Shown here one piece after another: positions 56,925 to 64,000 of a stretch of 64,000 bases of DNA (its first letter is position 1; every line of letters starts with the position of its first letter). Origin of the DNA: Alphaproteobacteria bacterium. GTDB taxonomy: Bacteria > Pseudomonadota > Alphaproteobacteria > UBA828. The stretch covers positions 544,001 to 608,000 of the forward strand of contig CBDCRW010000007.1 in assembly GCA_965221125.1 (NCBI GenBank). Reading direction: 5' to 3'. The notes below the pieces were generated by a model that saw only the letters and a program-made list of their open reading frames with translations, made no database searches and had not been told where the DNA came from. The translations under genes were made by a program, and so were the position numbers.

Positions 56925-57605
56925 ATGCAACAGTTCAATCTTGCGCGGCGGCTCTTCGCCGAATGGCTGGGGACGCTGCTGCTGCTCGCCGTGGTCGTGG
57001 GCTCCGGCATCATGGGCGAGACGCTCGCGGGCGGTAACGTCGCGCTCGCGCTGCTCGGCAACACGATCCCCACCGGCGCGATCCTGGTGGTGCTGATCGT
57101 GATCTTCGGCCCCATCTCCGGCGCCCACTTCAACCCCGCCGTCACGCTCTGCTTCCTGATACGCCGCGAGATCGGCCTGCGGGACGCCGGGCTCTACCTG
57201 CTGGCGCAGGTCGCGGGCGGCATCTGCGGGGCGATGCTGGCGCACGGCATGTTCGAGGAGCCGATCGTCGCCGCGTCGACCAACGCGCGCACCGGCTTCT
57301 CCCAGTGGCTCGGCGAGTTCACGGCGACCTTCGGCCTGGTGGCCACGATCCTCGGCTGCCTGCGCTTCCGGCCGGAGCTGGTGCCCTACGGCGTCGGCCT
57401 CTTCATCACCGCCGGCTACTGGTTCACGTCGTCCACGTCGTTCGCCAACCCGGCGGTGACCGTCGCCCGCTCGCTCACCGACACCTTCTCCGGGATTCAG
57501 CCGCTGCACATGCCGGCCTTCATCGTCGCCCAGCTCATCGGCGCGGTGGTGGCGACGCTCTTGTTCCGCTGGCTCGTCGGCACCCGGCCGGCGGCCTCCG
57601 GTTAG
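56925..57605 (+). CDS. MIP/aquaporin family channel (AqpS-like)
   Basis: ISGAHFNPAVT and SFANPAVT double NPA motifs; VVVGSGIMG. Confidence 0.9.
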   Translation: MQQFNLARRLFAEWLGTLLLLAVVVGSGIMGETLAGGNVALALLGNTIPTGAILVVLIVIFGPISGAHFNPAVTLCFLIRREIGLRDAGLYLLAQVAGGICGAMLAHGMFEEPIVAASTNARTGFSQWLGEFTATFGLVATILGCLRFRPELVPYGVGLFITAGYWFTSSTSFANPAVTVARSLTDTFSGIQPLHMPAFIVAQLIGAVVATLLFRWLVGTRPAASG

Positions 57606-58393
57606 AACGAGGCCAGGGCCACCTCGACCGCGCCCAACGCGCCGAAGTCGGCGCGGACGTGCTTCGCGTGCCTGATCGGCGCCGGCACGATGCAGGTGCC
57701 GGTGATGACGACCTCGCCGGCCTTGAGCGGCGCGCCGTGGCGCACCCGGTCGTTGGCGAGCCAGGTGAGCGCGATACGCGGATCGCCCAGCGCGTTCGCG
57801 CCCTTGCCGGTCGCGGCCTCCGCGCCGTCGACCGAGACGACCACCGGGTGCTCGGCGAGGTCCACGTCGCGCCAGCCCGCCGGCGCCTCCGGCCCAAGCA
57901 CGCAGTATTCCGAGCAGCCGTTGTCGGCAATGAGCTGGGCCGCGCCCACGACCGTGAAATCCCGGTAGCGCGAATCCGGAATCTCGATGGCCGGGTGCAG
58001 CGCCGCGACCGCGTCCATCACCGCGTCCACCGTGTAATCGCCGTTGCCGCCCGGCAGGTCCCTGCCCAAGCGGAACGCGAACTCCGCTTCGACCACCGCC
58101 ATGTGCAGGTGGCCCGCCGGCAGCTTGGTGCCGCTCTGGTGGAGCTTGCTCTCCCAGAGCCGCCCGGCGAGCGGGCCGTCCACGCCGATGTGTTTTTGGC
58201 CGGCGGCGCTGGTCGCCGCGATCTTCCAGCCCACCGGCCGCGCGCCGGCGATGCGCGCGAGCGCGTCCTGCGCCGCGTAGCCGTCAGCGGAGGTATCCGG
58301 GCGGCATGCGTCGGGCAGTCCGTCGATCAGGTGATGGCCGCACCAGGCCGTCCAGATGGCCTGCGCCGCCGCGTCGCTCTTCGTCTCTGTCAT
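57602..58393 (-). CDS. FAA-hydrolase family hydratase (2-keto-4-pentenoate hydratase-like)
   Basis: GWKIAATS, VEAEFAF, AIEIPDSR, IADN, WLAN, GEVVITGT. Confidence 0.85.
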   Translation of the reverse strand: MTETKSDAAAQAIWTAWCGHHLIDGLPDACRPDTSADGYAAQDALARIAGARPVGWKIAATSAAGQKHIGVDGPLAGRLWESKLHQSGTKLPAGHLHMAVVEAEFAFRLGRDLPGGNGDYTVDAVMDAVAALHPAIEIPDSRYRDFTVVGAAQLIADNGCSEYCVLGPEAPAGWRDVDLAEHPVVVSVDGAEAATGKGANALGDPRIALTWLANDRVRHGAPLKAGEVVITGTCIVPAPIRHAKHVRADFGALGAVEVALASF

Positions 58394-58402
58394 GGGCTCA
58401 AT

Positions 58403-59017
58403 CTAGCGAGTGGGGGATGCGGGCGACAAGCGCGCGAGCGGCACGTGCGGCGCCGCGTCGCGCGGGATGAGGCCCGCGAGCCTGGGGTCGTCGACGATAT
58501 CGATTTCGCTGTGGGTGACGGCGAAGCCGTAGCGCTGGTAGAAGCCCAGCGCGCCGGGGTGATCCAGCGTGCAGGTGTTGAGGATCATGCGGCGCGGCCG
58601 GTGCTGCGAGACCGCCGCGATCGCATACCGCAGCAGCCAGCCGCCGAGCCCGGTGCCGATGCGCGAGGGGATCACGCCGAAGTAGCGCAGCTCGATGTCC
58701 GGCGCGGGCCGCGGGTTCAGCTCGATGAGGCCGATCTCCTCGCCGTCCGACTCCACCACGTAGACCTCCGTCCGGTCTTCCGCGAGATGGGCGGTGAGCG
58801 TGGCCTTGTCCCACGTGAGCCGGCTCCACCACAGCCAGTCGTCGCCTATCGCGTGATAGAGCCGCAGGTAATCGCCGGCCGCCATGGCCCGCCGCCGCGC
58901 GATGGCGATACCGGGCGGCGGGGGAGGGGGCGCGTGCGGCGGCGGCGCCTCCATCGCGAGGTGCGTTATCACCGTGTGCAGCTTGCCGGGCGGAACGGCC
59001 TCCGCTTCCAAGTTCAT
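58403..59017 (-). CDS. GNAT family N-acetyltransferase
   Basis: YFGV....IG.GLG..LL, TCTLDHPGAL.FYQR.GF. Confidence 0.85.
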   Translation of the reverse strand: MNLEAEAVPPGKLHTVITHLAMEAPPPHAPPPPPPGIAIARRRAMAAGDYLRLYHAIGDDWLWWSRLTWDKATLTAHLAEDRTEVYVVESDGEEIGLIELNPRPAPDIELRYFGVIPSRIGTGLGGWLLRYAIAAVSQHRPRRMILNTCTLDHPGALGFYQRYGFAVTHSEIDIVDDPRLAGLIPRDAAPHVPLARLSPASPTR

Positions 59018-59026
59018 GCCGGGCGC

Positions 59027-59794
59027 TCAGAGGCCGCAAGAGATGCCCTCGTCGAGCAGCAGGAGCGAGCCGTGCGCGGCGCGGCCGTCGTCGGAGCAGA
59101 GGAAGAGCGCGGCCGATGCCATGTCGTCCGCGTCCGAATAGGTGCGCGTGCTCGGCGTCACCGCGGTCATGCCGTCCAGCATCTCCTTGAACTGTGGCTC
59201 GGTGCGGATCTTGACGTTCATCGGCGTCGCCGTGTTGCCGGGCAGGATCGCGTTCACCGCGACGTTGTGCGGGCTCAGCTCCAGCGCGAGCGAGCGCGTG
59301 AGCAGGTTGATCGCCGCCTTCGTCGCGCAATAGACGGAGAAGGTGTTGAACCCCATGTTGCCGCAGACGGACGAGAGATTGACGATCTTGCCGCCGCCCT
59401 GTTCGATCATGATGGGCGCGACCTCGTTGATGGCGAAGAAGCTGCCCTTCACGTTGATGTCCATCATCTCGTCGTATTGGCTCTCGGTCGTCTTGCCGAT
59501 GAAGTTCGGCTCGAAGATGCCGGCCGAGTTCACCAGGATGTCGATGCGTCCGAACGCCGCCTTCACGTCGGCGACCAGCGTCTTGACCGCTGCGACATCG
59601 CGCACGTCGCCCACGAAGGCCTGGGCCTGCCCGCCTACCGCCTCGATCCTGTCCGCCACGCTTTGCGCCTTGGCGAGGCTTGATGAGCCGGCGACGGCAA
59701 CGCGCGCGCCCTCCGCGGCGAACCGCATGGCGATCGCCTCGCCGATGCCTGAGGAGCCGCCGGTGACAAGCGCAGTCTTCCCTTCCAGTCTCAC
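59027..59794 (-). CDS. Short-chain dehydrogenase/reductase
   Basis: TGGSSGIG, LVNSAG, YCATK, VNAILPG. Confidence 0.92.
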   Translation of the reverse strand: MRLEGKTALVTGGSSGIGEAIAMRFAAEGARVAVAGSSSLAKAQSVADRIEAVGGQAQAFVGDVRDVAAVKTLVADVKAAFGRIDILVNSAGIFEPNFIGKTTESQYDEMMDINVKGSFFAINEVAPIMIEQGGGKIVNLSSVCGNMGFNTFSVYCATKAAINLLTRSLALELSPHNVAVNAILPGNTATPMNVKIRTEPQFKEMLDGMTAVTPSTRTYSDADDMASAALFLCSDDGRAAHGSLLLLDEGISCGL

Positions 59795-59972
59795 GATCCT
59801 CTCCTCCCCGGATTGTCGCGCCGCGGCATGGACGAACGCGCCGCCCGCCGGAGCCTGCGAGAATATCAGCCGCACGCGCGAAAGTCTTTTCGACCGGCGC
59901 TCCTGCGGCCGATAATGGCGCGCGGGCGGGGGCGAATCCGGTGCCCCGGCCGACCGAGTTCGAGGAGGAGCC

Positions 59973-61601
<1,629 letters not shown>

Positions 61602-61688
61602 AGCGGATCGACCGCCGCGGCCGCACCCCGCCCTCGCCGGCCACCCGACGACGACTTGGTCTTAATCCGGCACATTCCGGCATACGCC

Positions 61689-61786
61689 GGCACAAAGTGG
61701 CACAAAGTGGGACAAGGTGGCACAAAACGAGCGGCACAAAGTGGCACAAGATGGCACAAAGTGGCACAAGATGGCCCAAGCTGGCA
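61689..61786. repeat. Tandem 10-bp repeat (GGCACAAAGT/GGCACAAGAT), about 9 copies
   Basis: Directly visible intergenic array with one 4-bp phase break. Confidence 0.88.
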
Positions 61787-62023
61787 CGTCCCGGCGGCGG
61801 CCCAAGCCCGCTGGACGAGCGCCCGGCCATCGGGCGACTCCCCGGAGCCGCTCCGGCCCGGCTCCCCCGAAAGGGCGATGGTCTGCGTGCTGCATCCGCA
61901 GAGCCTGCCCCCACCCGCCGGCCCCGTGCACCGCACCATGGTCCGGGCCGATTGTCGTGGGCGGGCGTTCGGTCGTGAGGGAACGGGTTCCGCGGAGAGG
62001 AAAATGTCGGAAGGGCGCATCTG

Positions 62024-62704
62024 ATGGCTGATCGCGGGGACGACTCCGCCTCCGCCGTCGGCGCGGGCACGCCCCGTTTCGCGCTCCGCCGCGCCAGCAA
62101 CGTGGTCTGGCAGGAGGTCGGGATCGGCAAGGCCGCGCGGGCGCGGGCCATCGGTCAGAAGCCCTGCGCGCTGTGGCTCACCGGCCTGCCGGCCGCCGGC
62201 AAGTCGACCGTCGCCGACCGGCTGGAGCGGAAGCTCCAGGCCCTGGGCAAGCACACCTACCTGCTCGACGGCGACAACGTCCGCCACGGGCTGAGCCGCG
62301 ACCTCGGCTTCACCGAGCGGGACCGGGCGGAAAACATCCGCCGCATCGCCGAGGTCGCCCGGCTGATGGTGGACGCCGGGCTGATCGTCATCGTCTCCTT
62401 CATCTCGCCGTTCCGCTCCGAGCGCCGGATGGCGCGCGACCTGATGGAGGAGGACGAGTTCTTCGAGATCTTCGTCGATGCCCCGCTCGCGGTCTGCGAG
62501 GCGCGCGACCCCAAGGGGCTCTACGCCAGGGCCCGCAGGGGCGAGATCGCGAACTTCACCGGCATCGATTCGCCCTACGAGCCACCGGAGAGCCCTGAGC
62601 TGCGGCTCGACACGACGGCGCTGTCGGCCGATCAGGCGGCGGACGAGATCGTGGCGTTGCTGAGTTCGGCGCTCACCGGCGCGGGCCGCACCCCCGGCAG
62701 TTGA
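62024..62704 (+). CDS. cysC: Adenylyl-sulfate kinase
   Basis: [58 protein letters not shown]. Confidence 0.93.
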   Translation: MADRGDDSASAVGAGTPRFALRRASNVVWQEVGIGKAARARAIGQKPCALWLTGLPAAGKSTVADRLERKLQALGKHTYLLDGDNVRHGLSRDLGFTERDRAENIRRIAEVARLMVDAGLIVIVSFISPFRSERRMARDLMEEDEFFEIFVDAPLAVCEARDPKGLYARARRGEIANFTGIDSPYEPPESPELRLDTTALSADQAADEIVALLSSALTGAGRTPGS

Positions 62705-62782
62705 GAAACGTCTGCGGTTCAATCGGATCGTCTCGTATACGACGATTTCCGACCCTGCCGGATCACTGCGGTCCGACGAAAC

Positions 62783-62890
62783 CCACCTCCCCCTGTCCCC
62801 CTCCTCCCAGGAGGAGGGGGAACGAATGCGGTGCCGCCCCTTCTCCCTCTCCTCCCCTCGGGGGAGGAGAGGGCCGGGGTGAGGTGGGGG
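62783..62890. repeat. REP-like GC-rich palindromes between convergent genes
   Basis: CCCCTCCTCC-CA-GGAGGAGGGG and CCCTCTCCTCCCCTCGGGGAGGAGAGGG hairpins. Confidence 0.6.
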
Positions 62891-62969
62891 ATTCTTTTCG
62901 GCGCTGCGGCGCGCGAAGACGCGACCGCGCCCCAACCGGATACGATTCAATCTGCTCGGACCGTCCACG

Positions 62970-63788
62970 CTAACTGTAGAACGCAGGGGCGGTGGCGTAG
63001 CCGCAAAAATCCTCGCCGTCGTGGCCGACGAAGATCTCGGCGTCCCGCTCCAGCGCCACGTCCTTGAGCCGCTTCATCGAGTTCACCGCCTTAACCGGGT
63101 CGAGGTGGAAGCTCGGGATGATCTCCAGCTCCAGCCCCTTGCGCGTATAGGCCGCGTCCGCCGTGAACAGCATCGGCCGCCGCCCGGCGAGTTCCACCAG
63201 CAGGCTGTAGTGCCCCGCCGTATGCCCCGGCGTCTCGATCAGGTGCACGCCCTTGGCGATCTCCTGATCCCCGCTCAACAGCTCGAACCGGGGCGTCCAG
63301 ATGTCGCTCTCCGGGTCCTCCGGCACCTCGCGCCCCTGGCTCCTCAGCCGCTCGCGGTAGAGGTCCGCGTGAAAGCGCATGTCCGAATAGCCCAGCATCT
63401 CGAACGGCGCCGGCGCCTTGCTCTGGGCGAATTCCAGCGCGTGGCAGACCGTGCAGGCCTCGCGCAGGTGGCGGTTCCCGCCGCAGTGGTCGAAGTGGTA
63501 GTGCGAGTTGACGACGTAATCGACGTCCTCCGGCCGATAGCCCGCCAGCGCCAGCGCGCCGACGAGGGTCTGTTTCTCCGCCTGCACGGGCTTCTCGAAG
63601 GGCAGCACGGCGTTCACGTGGTCGCAGTCGAAGCCCGTGTCGAAGAGGTAGAGCCCGTCGGCGTGGTCGATCAGCACGCTGTAGACGGGGAAGCGCACCT
63701 CGCCCGCCGGCCCCCGGTTCCAGTAGATGTGGAAGCCGTCGATCACCAGCGTGCCGCCGTCGAGAATGAAGACCCGCGTCTCTTTCAT
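62970..63788 (-). CDS. 4-pyridoxolactonase (metallo-beta-lactamase fold lactonase)
   Basis: LDGG.LV.DG.HI.WNRGP.GEVRFPVYS.LI, LPFEKP.Q, NSHYHFDHCGGN, TPGHT.GH; resembles the rhizobial vitamin B6-degradation lactonase as recalled. Confidence 0.8.
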   Translation of the reverse strand: MKETRVFILDGGTLVIDGFHIYWNRGPAGEVRFPVYSVLIDHADGLYLFDTGFDCDHVNAVLPFEKPVQAEKQTLVGALALAGYRPEDVDYVVNSHYHFDHCGGNRHLREACTVCHALEFAQSKAPAPFEMLGYSDMRFHADLYRERLRSQGREVPEDPESDIWTPRFELLSGDQEIAKGVHLIETPGHTAGHYSLLVELAGRRPMLFTADAAYTRKGLELEIIPSFHLDPVKAVNSMKRLKDVALERDAEIFVGHDGEDFCGYATAPAFYS

Positions 63789-63815
63789 CGTCCCGCCCCT
63801 TCCTGCATCACCATT

Positions 63816-64000
63816 CTACCGCTGCCCGCGCACGTAGGGCAGGCCGAGCGCCGCCGGCAGGCTTGCGCGCCGCGCGAAGATCACCAGCACGATCATCACC
63901 ATGAGGAAGGGCAGCATCTGCACCACGTCCGTCGGCACGTTGACGCCGCCGACCTGCAGCGCCGTGGTGAGCGAAAGGCTGGCACCGAAGAGGAAGGCGC
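63816..64000 (-). CDS. ABC permease (BMP/nucleoside type), C-terminal fragment
   Basis: ...AFLFG...LQ.....MLPF.M..IVL.......PAALGLPY.R ending in TAG at 63816. Confidence 0.75.
   Translation of the reverse strand, partial: AFLFGASLSLTTALQVGGVNVPTDVVQMLPFLMVMIVLVIFARRASLPAALGLPYVRGQR

Overview
GC-rich (~70%) alphaproteobacterial chromosomal segment; marine or host-associated origin is an inference from gene content. It holds a core block (dgt-argS-SPOR-nagZ-site-2 protease-scpAB, dksA, NAD-linked formate dehydrogenase, fixLJ-fixK, cysC) and many catabolic and transport genes for methylated amines, organosulfur compounds and other small molecules: a peptide-type ABC transporter, two DddP-like M24 enzymes, a Rieske oxygenase, enolase-superfamily enzymes, a TAXI-TRAP system, a DmdB-like ligase and 4-pyridoxolactonase. 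Two mobile elements have exact ends readable from the sequence. (1) A 3,144-bp IS1595-family element (17670-20813; 24-bp TIRs, 8-bp TSD AAAAAAAT) carries mostly RNA cargo: a tRNA-Ser body with a proline (AGG) anticodon, an 8/4 allo-tRNA-like gene with a valine (GAC) anticodon, two unrecognised structured RNAs each behind a sigma70-like promoter, and one small secreted protein. This possible mobile mistranslation cassette is the best candidate for a new system. (2) A 4,621-bp TGT...ACA Mu/Tn7-like transposon (44736-49356; 5-bp TSD ACAGG) encodes a DDE integrase, an ExeA-type ATPase and a RepA-like helicase, and sits inside a dispersed palindromic repeat. All calls are by eye from motifs; no searches were run.
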